A DNA stretch of 64,000 nucleotides from contig CAVQBA010000007.1 of assembly GCA_963710605.1 (NCBI GenBank), positions 502,416 through 566,415 on the forward strand, given 5' to 3'. The position numbers and the translations under genes are program-made. This document shows, in pieces, positions 20,798 to 32,311 of this stretch. The notes under the pieces are model-generated. The model saw only the letters and a program-made list of their open reading frames with translations, had not been told where the DNA came from and did no database searches. Each line of letters starts with the position of its first letter. The first letter of the stretch is position 1. Source of the stretch: an uncultured cyanobacterium (lineage in GTDB: Bacteria; Cyanobacteriota; Cyanobacteriia; Cyanobacteriales; Cyanobacteriaceae).

Positions 20798-20829
20798 ATT
20801 GTAACATTAGCAATGTTAACAAATGTAAC
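20798..20829 (-). promoter_or_regulatory. HLR1 (RpaB) direct repeat and -10 box of ocp
   Basis: Minus strand GTTACATT-TG-TTAACATT (20829-20812) fits (G/T)TTACA(T/A)(T/A)-N2 repeats with one mismatch. TACAAT lies at 20803-20798. Confidence 0.7.
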
Positions 20830-21036
20830 GAAAATTTACTTTTTATCCGTACTCATATATACGGAAAACCGTAATTGTATTGTTAATATGGCTTTCTAAT
20901 TAAAAGATTAAATAATTGTTTAATTTTTTACTTCGGACTTTTTCATAGATCGATCAATTAAGTAGCTCAACCTAAATAAAAGAAAGTTGTAGTATAAGTA
21001 ACGCTAATGATAGGGCAATCATAATCAATTAGTTAA

Positions 21037-22347
21037 TTAATTATATTTTTTTTTAGCTAAAGCAAAAGGTAAACCTTGGCTTAAAGTTGTGACTCTGATG
21101 AGCATAAAAATAGTTAAGGCTAACCATAATAAATGATTATTTTTCAGATACCAAGCAATCATAGCAGGAGTTAAAAATCCACCGATACTAGCAATTAAAC
21201 TAGATTTTCTGAGTAATGCACCTTGAGTCAAACCGAGAAAATAACCATCAAGCATATAAGCGATACTACCAAATCCTAAAATAGGAAATAGCCACCAAAC
21301 ATAGTTGTTAATTTCGTCAATGATATTCTGATGATTAGTTAATAGACTAAAAATGAAGCTAGAAAATAAGATAAATACAGTAGCAAATATCAAACCAAAA
21401 ATTAGACTTAATATACCGGCAATTTTTAATACGGTTACTAACTGCTTTTTGTTACCTTCTCCATAGCTAATTCCTGCCAAACTTTCAGTTGCAAAAGCTA
21501 AACCATCAATAAAATAAGCTGATAAAGTCACCGCTTGTAACAGTAAACTGTTGGTGGCTAAAATTGATGTACCTAAATCTGAACTTAAATTAGTAAATAA
21601 AGCAAAGGTAGAAATTAAGGCAAAGGTACGAATTAAAATATCTCGGTTTAACAAAAATAATTTAATAATAGCTTCAGGTTGCCAAATACTATCTCTTAAC
21701 TGAGAAAGTTGAGCAATTTTAATTACTCTCAAAACCAAAATTATGCCCACTAAAGCAGTTAAATATTGACTAATAGCGGTTGCACTACCCGCACCACTAC
21801 TTTGCCATCCCCAACGAACAATAAAAATATAATCAAGAATAACATTTGTGCCTTTGTTAAGCAGAGATAATAAAAGTACGTTTTCGCTTTTTTCTAATCC
21901 TAAAAACCAACCGATTAAAACAAAATTCAATAAAGTGGCAGGTGCACCCCAAATCAAACTGTTATAGTAGCTGATACCACTCGCTTTAACTTCGTCTGTC
22001 GCTCTGAGTAAGTAAAAACCAATTTCTCGCAAAGGGTATTGTAATATTAGAATTATTAAACCGATCGATAAAGCAATAATTGTGTTTCGTAATAAAATTT
22101 TTTTTATTTCTTGCTGATTATCTTTTCCCTTGGCTTGGGCAGTTGTACCAGTTGTACCCATTCTTAAAAAACCAAAAGTCCAATAAAGGTAATTAAATAA
22201 AACTGAAGCGATAGAAACACCTGCTAAATGACTAATATCGTCTAAATGACCAAGAAAAGCCATATCAACTAAACTAGCAAGAGGCACCATCAGATTAGAA
22301 AGAATATTGACAATTGCTAAACGAAAAAAACGACGAGAAAAAGACAT
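21037..22347 (-). CDS. MATE (DinF-like) efflux transporter
   Basis: ILSNLMVPLASLVDMAFLGHL, FGFLRMGTTGTTAQA, SAYFIDGLAFATESLAG, about 12 TM segments. Confidence 0.93.
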   Translation of the reverse strand: MSFSRRFFRLAIVNILSNLMVPLASLVDMAFLGHLDDISHLAGVSIASVLFNYLYWTFGFLRMGTTGTTAQAKGKDNQQEIKKILLRNTIIALSIGLIILILQYPLREIGFYLLRATDEVKASGISYYNSLIWGAPATLLNFVLIGWFLGLEKSENVLLLSLLNKGTNVILDYIFIVRWGWQSSGAGSATAISQYLTALVGIILVLRVIKIAQLSQLRDSIWQPEAIIKLFLLNRDILIRTFALISTFALFTNLSSDLGTSILATNSLLLQAVTLSAYFIDGLAFATESLAGISYGEGNKKQLVTVLKIAGILSLIFGLIFATVFILFSSFIFSLLTNHQNIIDEINNYVWWLFPILGFGSIAYMLDGYFLGLTQGALLRKSSLIASIGGFLTPAMIAWYLKNNHLLWLALTIFMLIRVTTLSQGLPFALAKKKYN

Positions 22348-22659
22348 AGTAGTTGAATGAAGTTGTAATTGCGTAGTTGTATAGTTGTAGAGTTGATAGT
22401 TTATAATTTACAACGTGTCCGAAAACATTTATTTTTTCAAATTGATAATTTCGCTTTATAGTTATTAAGATAGTTATAGCATTTAAGGATTAAACATAGC
22501 GTTTAGGATAGAGCCTTTATTGAGATAGATACATTGTAACGAATTCGAAGCGATCATTTGAAAGCTTGTTTACCCAAAAAAAAATGCTCATCCGCTACAA
22601 TTAAGAGCAAATGAACAGTTTTTATTTATTTAGCTTAAAAAATAGAGAAAGTTAATAAC

Positions 22660-23010
22660 TTAAGAATTGACTGCTAATTCAACAACTTTTTGGAATGCTT
22701 CCGCATCTTGAATTGCTAGTTGAGCGAGTACTTTACGATTTAAATTTATATTAGCTTTGTCTAATTTATTAATTAATTGACTATAACTAATACCCTGCAT
22801 TCTAGCGGCGGCATTAATACGGGTAATCCATAAACGACGAAAGTCTCTTTTTTTCTTACGACGATCACGATAAGCATTACGTAATGCTTTCATTACTTGT
22901 TGGTTAGCCGTACGGAACAACTTAGAATGTGAACCACGGAAACCTTTAGCTAGTTTAAGAATTTTTTTACGTCTTTTGCGGGCGACGTTACCTCTTTTTA
23001 CTCTAGTCAT
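22660..23010 (-). CDS. rplT: 50S ribosomal protein L20
   Basis: [26 protein letters not shown]...[16 protein letters not shown]. Confidence 0.99.
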   Translation of the reverse strand: MTRVKRGNVARKRRKKILKLAKGFRGSHSKLFRTANQQVMKALRNAYRDRRKKKRDFRRLWITRINAAARMQGISYSQLINKLDKANINLNRKVLAQLAIQDAEAFQKVVELAVNS

Positions 23011-23071
23011 TTGATTAAAAAATATAAATGGTTATGGAGATAATTAAAACCGAAGTAGTAAGTTTTTTTAT

Positions 23072-23275
23072 TTAGCAATAAGGCAACATTAAACGTACTT
23101 CTTTTTCATCAGATTCGTGTACTAAAGCTAAGTTACTTAAACGACGACGTCTTTGCTGTTTGCTTTTATGTTCTAATAAATGGTTTTTATTCGCTTTACG
23201 ACGAACAATTTTTTTTCCACTTCCTGTAACACGAAAACGTTTAGCGGCAGATTTTTTGGTTTTTACTTTAGGCAT
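23072..23275 (-). CDS. rpmI: 50S ribosomal protein L35
   Basis: [20 protein letters not shown]...HLLEHKS. True start at 23275. Confidence 0.98.
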   Translation of the reverse strand: MPKVKTKKSAAKRFRVTGSGKKIVRRKANKNHLLEHKSKQQRRRRLSNLALVHESDEKEVRLMLPYC

Positions 23276-23381
23276 AATAAATGAAAATTTTGACACAATT
23301 TACTATTATATAACGTTTCTCATCGGTTATGAGTTACATTAATTGACTCGATCGATACTCTAGGTGCGATTAATAGTTAAT

Positions 23382-23699
23382 TTACAGTTTGACTTCAATA
23401 TCAACACCTGCGGGTAAATCTAATTTCATCAAAGCATCGATCGTTTTTGACGAAGGCTTGTAAATATCAATGACACGACGATGGGTACGAGTCTCAAAAT
23501 GCTCTCGTGCATCCTTATCTACGTGGGGAGATGTTAAAACACAATATATTTTACGCTTAGTGGGTAAAGGAATCGGCCCCACTGGTTGAGCATTAGTACG
23601 ATTAGCGGTTTCAACTATTTTAGTACAGGAAGTATCGAGTAAGCGACGATCGTATGCTTTGAGACGAATACGGATTTTTTGTTGTTCTACTGCAGCCAT
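23382..23699 (-). CDS. rpsJ: 30S ribosomal protein S10
   Basis: [36 protein letters not shown]. Confidence 0.99.
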   Translation of the reverse strand: MAAVEQQKIRIRLKAYDRRLLDTSCTKIVETANRTNAQPVGPIPLPTKRKIYCVLTSPHVDKDAREHFETRTHRRVIDIYKPSSKTIDALMKLDLPAGVDIEVKL

Positions 23700-23819
23700 A
23701 ATATTTTACTTTTCTAATTTTCAAGGTACGGTTAATTGTTAATCGAGAGTTTCAAGACAGAAAAATAAGACGTACAAAGAACTTTGTCTTATGCACGCCT
23801 TAAATGTTATTAAATTGTT

Positions 23820-25049
23820 CTAGGCTAAAATTTTAGCTACAGCACCCGCTCCGATGGTACGTCCACCTTCACGAATAGCAAAACGCATTCCTTGTTCGAT
23901 CGCAACAGGAGCAATTAATTCTACTGTCATTTTAATACGATCGCCGGGCATTACCATTTCTGCTGTACTTCCGTCATCGGCGGTAAAGTCATTGATACTT
24001 CCAGTTACGTCGGTTGTACGAACATAAAACTGAGGACGGTATCCGGGGAAGAAAGGAGTATGACGACCACCTTCTTCTTTTTTGAGTACGTAAACTTCGG
24101 CTTCAAATTTGGTGTGAGGAGTAATAGAACCCGGTTTAGCTAAAACCATACCACGTTCAATTTGTTCTTTTTGTACACCACGTAAGAGTACACCAACGTT
24201 GTCTCCTGCCATACCTTCATCTAATGTTTTTTGGAACATTTCAACACCAGTTACAGTTGTGCTACGAGTGTCTTTGATACCGATAATTTCGATGGTTTCA
24301 CCGACTTTGACGATACCACGTTCGATACGACCAGTTGCCACTGTACCACGACCACTGATAGAGAAAACATCTTCTACTGCCATCAAGAAAGGCTTGTCAA
24401 CTTCACGCTCTGGAGTAGGAATATAGTTATCAACTTCATCCATTAAAGTCCAAATTTTGTCAGTCCACTCATTACTACCTTTTTGAGTGTTACCATCGCT
24501 AGTCATTTGTTCTACTGCTCTTAAAGCTGAACCAATAACGATGGGAATATTGTCACCATCAAAATCATATTCAGTTAAAAGTTCACGAACTTCTAATTCA
24601 ACTAATTCTAATAATTCTTCATCATCAACTTGGTCTTCTTTGTTAAGAAAAACAACTAAGTTAGGTACACCAACTTGTTTAGCCAAGAGAATATGTTCAC
24701 GAGTCTGAGGCATAGGGCCATCAGCGGCGGATACAACTAAGATTGCTCCATCCATTTGAGCCGCACCAGTAATCATGTTTTTAACATAATCAGCGTGTCC
24801 TGGACAGTCAACGTGAGCGTAGTGACGATCGGGTGTTTCGTATTCTACGTGAGCTGTATTAATAGTAATACCACGTTCTTTTTCTTCAGGGGCTGCATCA
24901 ATCTCATCATACTTACGAGCTTTAGCTTGTCCTGCCGCAGATAAAGTTAAAGTGATAGCTGCTGTTAATGTTGTTTTACCGTGGTCAACGTGACCGATAG
25001 TACCGATATTGACGTGAGGTTTATTTCTTTCAAATTTTGCGCGTGCCAT
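23820..25049 (-). CDS. tufA: Elongation factor Tu
   Basis: [37 protein letters not shown]. Confidence 0.99.
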   Translation of the reverse strand: MARAKFERNKPHVNIGTIGHVDHGKTTLTAAITLTLSAAGQAKARKYDEIDAAPEEKERGITINTAHVEYETPDRHYAHVDCPGHADYVKNMITGAAQMDGAILVVSAADGPMPQTREHILLAKQVGVPNLVVFLNKEDQVDDEELLELVELEVRELLTEYDFDGDNIPIVIGSALRAVEQMTSDGNTQKGSNEWTDKIWTLMDEVDNYIPTPEREVDKPFLMAVEDVFSISGRGTVATGRIERGIVKVGETIEIIGIKDTRSTTVTGVEMFQKTLDEGMAGDNVGVLLRGVQKEQIERGMVLAKPGSITPHTKFEAEVYVLKKEEGGRHTPFFPGYRPQFYVRTTDVTGSINDFTADDGSTAEMVMPGDRIKMTVELIAPVAIEQGMRFAIREGGRTIGAGAVAKILA

Positions 25050-25085
25050 TGTTGTTGTCTTTTCCTTTTTGTTTAGTTAATAAAT

Positions 25086-27160
25086 TTATAGAATTCCTCT
25101 ATTTTTTGCAATAATGCCATTAGCAACATTGCGGGGTACTTCAGCATATTCGCTGAATTCCATGCTAAATATACCACGTCCTTGTGTTTTAGAACGAATG
25201 TCTGTGGCATATCCAAACATGGCTTCTAAGGGAACGTTAGCGGTAATTTTAGCTAAACCATCTTCTGTATTCATTCCTTCAATTGTACCTCGACGAGAGT
25301 TAAGATCACCTATAACATCCCCTAAGAAATTATCAGGAACTTCAACTTCAACTTTCATCATTGGTTCTAATAATACAGGATCGGCTTTTTGGGCACCATC
25401 TTGAACTGCGATCGAACCAGCGATTTTAAATGCCATCTCAGAAGAGTCCGTATCGTGATAAGAACCATTAATTAGTGTAACACGAACATCAATTAGAGGA
25501 TAACCAGCGACGATGCCAGAACCACAAGATTCTTCAATACCTTGTTCGATTGCACTAATAAATTCATTGGGAATTACACCCCCAACTATTTTATTAGTAA
25601 AACTAAATCCTTTTCCTTCTTCTGCTGGTTCTAGTTCAATTACCACATGACCATATTGACCTTTTCCACCGCTTTGACGGATAAATTTTCCTTCGGCGGT
25701 AACTTTTTTACGGATGGTTTCTCGGTAAGCTACTTGTGGTTGTCCCACGTTTGCTTCTACCTTGTATTCTCTCAACATTCTATCAACTAAAATTTCTAAA
25801 TGTAGTTCACCCATTCCCGCAATCATTGTTTGATTGGTTTCTGGATTAATACTGATTTGGAATGTTGGATCTTCATCTGATAAAAATTTGAGTGCTTTAC
25901 CCAGTTTGTCCATATCTTGTGTTGTTTTTGGTTCAACGGCGACGGAGATAACTGGTTCAGGAATAAATAAAGATTCTAAGAGAATAGGGTTGTCTTCATC
26001 ACATAATGTATCACCTGTTATGGTATTTTTTAAGCCGATAATTGCTCCTAAATCTCCAGATCGTAATTCATCAACCTCTATTCTGTCATTAGCTTTAAGA
26101 ATAATTAAGCGAGAAATACGTTCTTTTTTTTGTTTAGTGGCATTATAGACATAATTACCTTTTACCAATACGCCTGAATAGACTCGCACAAAGGCTAAAC
26201 GTCCAAAAGGGTCAGATGCTATCTTGAAAGCTAGAGCCGAAAAAGATTCTTCATCATCAGATTTACGTGTTCCTTCTTCACCATCAGGTAATATCCCTTT
26301 GATGGGCGGAACTTCTGTCGGTGCTGGTAGATAATCGACCACACCATCAAGTAATAGTTGTACTCCTTTGTTTTTAAATGCTGAACCACAAAACATAGGT
26401 ACTAACTTGCCTGAGATTGTTCCTTGACGGATAGCAGTTTTGATTTCTGCTTCAGTGATTTGGGTTTCTGATAAATATTTTTCCAGTAGGTTTTCGTCTA
26501 ATTCAGCGATCGTTTCAACTAAGTAAGCTTTATATTCGTCAGCTAAATCTTGAACTTGTTTAGGAATATCAGTAATTGTGATCTTTTCCCCTAAATCATC
26601 TTCATAGATATGAGCTTTCATGGTTACTAAATCCACAATACCGCTAAAATCTTCTTCGTTACCTATAGGGATTTGTACCGCAATTGCTGGAGCTTTCAAC
26701 TGCTTTTTTACTTGGTTATAAACTTTAAAAAAGTTGGCCCTGTACGATCCATTTTATTCACAAAGGCAATTCTAGGCACGTGATAACGATCGGCTTGTCG
26801 CCAAACTGTTTCCGATTGAGGTTGTACTCCACCTACAGAACAAAATACCGCTATGACTCCGTCAAGTACTCGCATAGAGCGTTCGACCTCGATCGTAAAA
26901 TCGACGTGTCCGGGAGTATCAATTATATTAATATGATGCTCTTTCCAATCGGTACTGATGGCGGCAGCGGTAATTGTAATACCTCTTTCCTTTTCTATGT
27001 CCATCCAATCCGTGATGGCATTACCATCATGAACTTCCCCGATTTTGTGAACAATACCAGAGTAATATAATATTCTTTCTGTTGTTGTGGTTTTACCCGC
27101 ATCTATATGAGCCGCAATTCCTATATTACGTACTTTTTCTAGCGGAATCGAACGTGCCAC
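25086..27160 (-). CDS. fusA: Elongation factor G (one base missing in C-run 26738-26740, probably sequence error)
   Basis: [28 protein letters not shown]. Adding one G gives ...DRTGANFFKVY..., continuous with the 537-aa ORF. Position within the str operon. Confidence 0.97.
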
Positions 27161-27292
27161 AGTTTCCTCCTTTGATTTAAAACAGATTTAGACGCTGTTT
27201 AAGTTTACACTTTTTGTTACAAAATTTACTATTATTTGTCAGTAAATAATGTTGAATACTTTTTTTAAAGATTATTCAGTCGAAAAAAAATC

Positions 27293-27763
27293 TTAGTAAC
27301 GATAGTGAGCAAAGGCTTTATTTGCTTCTGCCATTCTATGAGTTTCTTCTCTTTTCTTGATTGCACTACCTGTTTCATTAGCCGCATCCATAATTTCATT
27401 AGCTAATTTAATCGCCATGGTTTTACCACCTCTTTCACGAGAAAATCTAGCTAACCAACGTAATGCTAAGCTAGTACCACGGGAAGAACGAACTTCCATA
27501 GGAACTTGATAAGTAGCACCACCGACTCTTCTTGCTTTAACTTCTACTAATGGTGTTAGGTTTTTAATTGCTTTTTCGAATGTTTCCATCGGTTCAGCAC
27601 TTGTTCTTTCACCAATAATGCTCATCGCATCATAAAATATTCTAGCCGCTAGAGATTTTTTACCATCCTTCATAATTCTACGGATGGTCATATTTACCAA
27701 CCTACTATTATAGACTGGATCTGGTGGAACTTCTACTGTTTTTGCTTTACTTCTACGAGACAT
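27293..27763 (-). CDS. rpsG: 30S ribosomal protein S7
   Basis: [16 protein letters not shown]...[16 protein letters not shown]. Confidence 0.99.
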   Translation of the reverse strand: MSRRSKAKTVEVPPDPVYNSRLVNMTIRRIMKDGKKSLAARIFYDAMSIIGERTSAEPMETFEKAIKNLTPLVEVKARRVGGATYQVPMEVRSSRGTSLALRWLARFSRERGGKTMAIKLANEIMDAANETGSAIKKREETHRMAEANKAFAHYRY

Positions 27764-27818
27764 TTTATATTCTTAAATTTACTAGTTTGTTTAGTTACTT
27801 ATTACGGTAAAAAGAAGA

Positions 27819-28193
27819 TTATTCCTTAGGACGTTTTGCTCCGTATTTAGAGCGACTTTGTCTTCTATCTTTTACACCAGTTGCATCAAGAGTACCTCTA
27901 ACAATGTGATATCTAACACCCGGTAAATCTTTGACTCTTCCACCTCTAATTAACACTACAGAGTGTTCTTGAAGGTTATGCCCGATTCCAGGAATATAAG
28001 CTGTAACTTCAAAACCTGAAGTTAAACGTACCCTAGCGACTTTTCTTAAAGCGGAGTTAGGTTTTTTTGGAGTTGTGGTATAAACTCTTGTACAAACTCC
28101 ACGACGCTGAGGACATTCCTTCAGTGCTGGTGATTTAGTTTTCTTCTGAATAGAGGAACGTTCATTCCTAATTAATTGCTGAATTGTTGGCAT
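27819..28193 (-). CDS. rpsL: 30S ribosomal protein S12
   Basis: [37 protein letters not shown]. Confidence 0.99.
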   Translation of the reverse strand: MPTIQQLIRNERSSIQKKTKSPALKECPQRRGVCTRVYTTTPKKPNSALRKVARVRLTSGFEVTAYIPGIGHNLQEHSVVLIRGGRVKDLPGVRYHIVRGTLDATGVKDRRQSRSKYGAKRPKE

Positions 28194-28280
28194 GAGATAT
28201 ATTTCTTACTACAGCCTTTATTTTGTATGTATATATAAATATAGATCGTCCCCAGTATGATTAACCAGTGACGATCTATA

Positions 28281-28310
28281 ATCGTATCCTATTTTTTTAG
28301 GTATTGTCAA
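28281..28310 (-). promoter_or_regulatory. sigma70-type promoter of the str operon
   Basis: Minus strand TTGACA-N18-TACGAT upstream of rpsL. Confidence 0.7.
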
Positions 28311-29133
28311 CAATTTATTTGGGCTTTTTCTTGAAGTCAAAATTGTCTTACTTCTGATTAAGATTAAGTTAAGATTTTTTTAAAGTAGCTTATACAAATA
28401 TTGGTAAAGAAACCTTTTACAATACCGAAAAAGAGCAACTAGCCCAATTGAAGGCACTACATACTGATTGAGTTTTAACAAATCGTCGTTATTACTCTTT
28501 GAGTTGAACTTCCCCATTAAAAAATCGTTTTCTGTTATATCAATTACCATTCATCTGTTTTGTTAAACTTTAGTATTGATAACTTTCAAAGACTTCTTTT
28601 GATGGTTTCAAAATCGATCGTTTGTAACTGTATTGATTTGATTGAAATTGCCGACACATTAGAAAAATAAATATATCGATCGAACTATCTCAAGTTTTTG
28701 ACTAGTTTGAAGATTTGAGATAAGCAATTATACTCGATAGATTAAGATTTGTGGTGATATATTGGAAAAATATTTTTGTTTTTAATTACGTAATATAAGT
28801 AATCTTAATGATTAAAATCAAGAAAAAGTCTTGTATTTAACAAAAAACGATCGTGAAAACTTACGTGATTAAAAATAGTTTTCAACACCAGCCGACAAAA
28901 AAGCGTAATATTACACCGATCGTGGCGATAAAGTCAAGAAAATTAGATTAGTTAAATTAATCAAAATCAGAAATAATAATAATAACAAATACATAAGAAA
29001 ATGGTATAGAAAATGATCCTGTTCGTGATAAGATTGTTTCACGAAAAGCAAAATGCTAAAAATAAACTTCCGTTAAAGAAGTTGTTATAGATAAAGCTAT
29101 AAAGAAAAATTATATATTTGGAGGAAACGACAT

Positions 29134-30550
29134 ATGGTAGCTGGATCCAAAGCTGGATTTAAGGCTGGTGTACAGGATTATCGTTTAACCTATTACACCC
29201 CCGATTACACACCTAAAGATACCGATTTACTCGCTTGTTTTAGAATGACTCCTCAAGCAGGTGTTCCCCCTGAAGAATGTGCGGCGGCTGTTGCGGCTGA
29301 GTCTTCTACAGGTACATGGACAACTGTATGGACTGATGGTTTAACCGACTTAGATCGTTACAAAGGTCGTTGTTACAATGTTGAATCTGTACCTAACGAA
29401 GATAATCAATATTTTGTATTCGTTGCTTATCCTTTAGATTTATTTGAAGAAGGTTCAATCACCAACGTTTTAACTTCATTAGTTGGTAACGTATTCGGTT
29501 TTAAAGCTCTACGTGCATTACGTCTAGAAGATATTCGTTTCCCTGTTGCTTTAATCAAAACTTATCAAGGTTCCTCCTCACGGTATTAACGTTGAGCGTG
29601 ACTTACTAAACAAATACGGTCGTCCTCTATTAGGTTGTACCATTAAGCCTAAATTAGGTTTATCCGCTAAAAACTACGGACGTGCAGTTTATGAGTGTCT
29701 TCGTGGTGGTTTAGATTTCACCAAAGATGATGAAAACATTAACTCTCAACCATTCATGCGTTGGCGCGATCGTTTCTTGTTTGTTCAAGAAGCAATCGAA
29801 AAATCACAAGCTGAAACCAACGAAATGAAAGGTCACTACTTAAACGTGACTGCTGGTACTTGTGAAGAAATGATTAAACGTGCTGAATTCGCTAAAGAAA
29901 TCGGTACACCTATCATTATGCACGATTTCTTTACTGGTGGTTTTACTGCTAACACTACCTTGGCTAAATGGTGTCGTGATAATGGTTTATTATTACACAT
30001 TCACCGTGCGATGCACGCTGTAGTCGATCGTCAAAAAAATCATGGTATTCACTTCCGTGTACTAGCTAAATGTTTACGTTTATCTGGTGGTGATCACTTA
30101 CACAGTGGTACTGTTGTAGGTAAATTAGAAGGTGACCGTGCGGTAACCTTAGGTTTCGTTGACTTAATGCGTGAAGATTACGTTGAAGAAGATCGCTCAC
30201 GTGGTGTATTCTTCACACAAGATTACGCTTCACTACCTGGTGTAATGCCTGTTGCTTCTGGTGGTATCCACGTATGGCACATGCCTGCATTGGTTGAAAT
30301 CTTTGGTGATGATTCTTGTTTACAATTCGGTGGTGGTACTTTAGGTCACCCTTGGGGTAACGCACCTGGTGCAACCGCTAACCGTGTAGCTTTAGAAGCT
30401 TGTGTACAAGCTCGTAATGAAGGTCGTTCTCTTGCCCGTGAAGGTAATGATGTACTTCGTGAAGCTTGTCGCTGGAGTCCTGAATTAGCCGCGGCTTGTG
30501 AACTTTGGAAAGAAATCAAATTTGAATTCGATACCGTTGACACTTTATAA
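29134..30550 (+). CDS. rbcL: RuBisCO large subunit form IB (extra T at 29571-29572, probably sequence error)
   Basis: [15 protein letters not shown]. Deleting one T restores QGPPHGI and the frame containing [11 protein letters not shown]. The rest has [11 protein letters not shown] and [12 protein letters not shown]. Confidence 0.98.
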
Positions 30551-30701
30551 GTTTTAGTTAGATTAATCAGCGATTCAGTCGTCACAAAAAAATAAAATGT
30601 TCACCAATGTTACAGAATTTCTGGTTATAACGAGAATAATGAAAACATTGGTATAACAAAATTTGCGATAACTGAAAGCTGATTATAGCTAATTGAAATA
30701 T

Positions 30702-31121
30702 ATGTCTTATAAACAAGTTGTTCAAGATACGGCAAAAGTTCTGCAAAGTTATCTAACTTATCAAGCAGTGATGGTTATTATTCAACAACTCTCGGAAACT
30801 AATCCCCGTCAAGGTATTTGGCTTTCTGATTATAGCAATCGTCAAAAAGTTCAAGATAGTGATAATTATTTAGAGCAGTTGATTACCGAAAATAAAGAGT
30901 TGGCATTAAGAATCCTTACTGTGAGAAAGGATTTAGCTGAGCAAGTATTAGAGTTTTTACCAGAAATGGTCAATAGCAATATTAGCCAATCTAATATGGA
31001 ACATCGTCGTCGTCTTTTAGAACTGTTAACTCAAACCAAATCTTCTTCATTTACTTCATCAGATACAGATGAAGTCGATAAAGAATCACAATCTAATCAA
31101 TCAGAAAACAAGGAAGAATAA
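30702..31121 (+). CDS. rbcX: RuBisCO assembly chaperone RbcX
   Basis: DTAKVLQSYLTYQAV..QLSETNP..NMEHRRRLLE, located between rbcL and rbcS. Confidence 0.97.
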   Translation: MSYKQVVQDTAKVLQSYLTYQAVMVIIQQLSETNPRQGIWLSDYSNRQKVQDSDNYLEQLITENKELALRILTVRKDLAEQVLEFLPEMVNSNISQSNMEHRRRLLELLTQTKSSSFTSSDTDEVDKESQSNQSENKEE

Positions 31122-31124
31122 CAA

Positions 31125-31460
31125 ATGCAAACATTACCAAAAGAGCGTCGTTACGAAACTCTATCTTATTTACCACCTTTAACAGATCAACAAATCGTTA
31201 AGCAAATTGCTTACATGATTGACCAAGGATTTATTCCTGCTGTAGAATTTGAAAAAGATCCTTTACCTAACGATCACCACTGGACTCTTTGGAAATTACC
31301 TTTATTTAGTGTAAGTTCTCCTCAAGAAGTTTTAAATGAAGTTCGTGAATGTAAAAGTCAATATGCTGATTGTTACATCAGACTTATTGGTTTTGACAAC
31401 ATCAGACAGTGTCAAACTATGAGTTTCATCGTTCATAAACCTAACAGCACTCGCTTCTAA
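31125..31460 (+). CDS. rbcS: RuBisCO small subunit
   Basis: [39 protein letters not shown]. Confidence 0.99.
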   Translation: MQTLPKERRYETLSYLPPLTDQQIVKQIAYMIDQGFIPAVEFEKDPLPNDHHWTLWKLPLFSVSSPQEVLNEVRECKSQYADCYIRLIGFDNIRQCQTMSFIVHKPNSTRF

Positions 31461-31495
31461 GTTTAAGTTCGATACTTAAAAATAATCTATATTTT

Positions 31496-31540
31496 AATAG
31501 GGTAGGCTCGGTTAAACGATCGGGTTTATCCTATTTTTTT
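31496..31540 (+). terminator. Intrinsic terminator after rbcS
   Basis: AATAGGGTAGGCTCGGT...ATCGGGTTTATCCTATT stem followed by a T-run. Confidence 0.75.
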
Positions 31541-31550
31541 GTATTATTTA

Positions 31551-32213
31551 TTAAAGTAAAGAGCGAAATCGCTCAAAGCCATGTATTTTAATATAATCTT
31601 CCATGTATTTTTGCTTTAAAAAAGTTTCCAAGTTTAAATTATGTTTTAACCAAACCTTCTTATATTCATCTTCGTCTTCGTCATTTACCGTTGGCATACC
31701 ATATTGACCAAAATGTATTATTTCTTGTTGATAACTCTCAAGTGTAGTTAAAACTATACTTGTAATACTACTAAAAAGACATATCACAGAATAACAATCT
31801 TCTCCATCTACATATAATATAGGAGTATGATTGTCACTTTCACAATCAACAAAACGACAACCCATTTCATCATCATCAAACAGAGAAAATGAGTAACTCA
31901 TCTTTTTGTCTTTTAAGAGATAATTTTCAATAAAACGAGTACGAGAATAATCTTCCTTAACATCTAATCTTATCGCTCTATCTATAGGGAGATAGACTGG
32001 CTCAACTGTATATGCTGACCAAAATAATGGACGACAACCATTTCTCCATTCATATAATTCTTTAACTTCTTGTGGTAATTCAAAATTAAGCTCTTGAGCA
32101 AATTTATCGATTTCTTCTTTTTCTAAGCCTAAAGGTAAACGATCGAAAACTTGTGGGTGATTTTTGGACAACCAATAATCAAGTAATTCTAGTGCATCTG
32201 TTAATTCTGACAT
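31551..32213 (-). CDS. SMI1/KNR4 (SUKH) family protein
   Basis: WLSKNHPQVFDRLPLGLEKEEI...FELPQEVKELYEWRNG. Confidence 0.85.
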   Translation of the reverse strand: MSELTDALELLDYWLSKNHPQVFDRLPLGLEKEEIDKFAQELNFELPQEVKELYEWRNGCRPLFWSAYTVEPVYLPIDRAIRLDVKEDYSRTRFIENYLLKDKKMSYSFSLFDDDEMGCRFVDCESDNHTPILYVDGEDCYSVICLFSSITSIVLTTLESYQQEIIHFGQYGMPTVNDEDEDEYKKVWLKHNLNLETFLKQKYMEDYIKIHGFERFRSLL

Positions 32214-32260
32214 AGGGATAATATTGTAACGATCGATCGTCTTTTTAATTATAAAGAAGA

Positions 32261-32284
32261 AGGGTGCAAGCCTTGCACCCCTAC
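32261..32284 (-). repeat. GTAG REP downstream of RAYT
   Basis: The minus strand reads GTAGGGGTGCAAGGCTTGCACCCT. Confidence 0.85.
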
Positions 32285-32311
32285 AAGATGAATTTGTATT
32301 AATGTCATTGA

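Noticed and set aside
26699-26760. Programmed frameshift or true pseudogenisation of fusA (and of rbcL at 29571)
   Set aside because: Single indels in short homopolymers of essential, otherwise undecayed genes. No slippery-site/stimulator structure seen. Assembly error is more parsimonious.
28380-28552. ~56-codon minus-strand ORF in the rpsL-rbcL intergenic region
   Set aside because: No recognisable motif or RBS. It is compatible with chance in a regulatory region.
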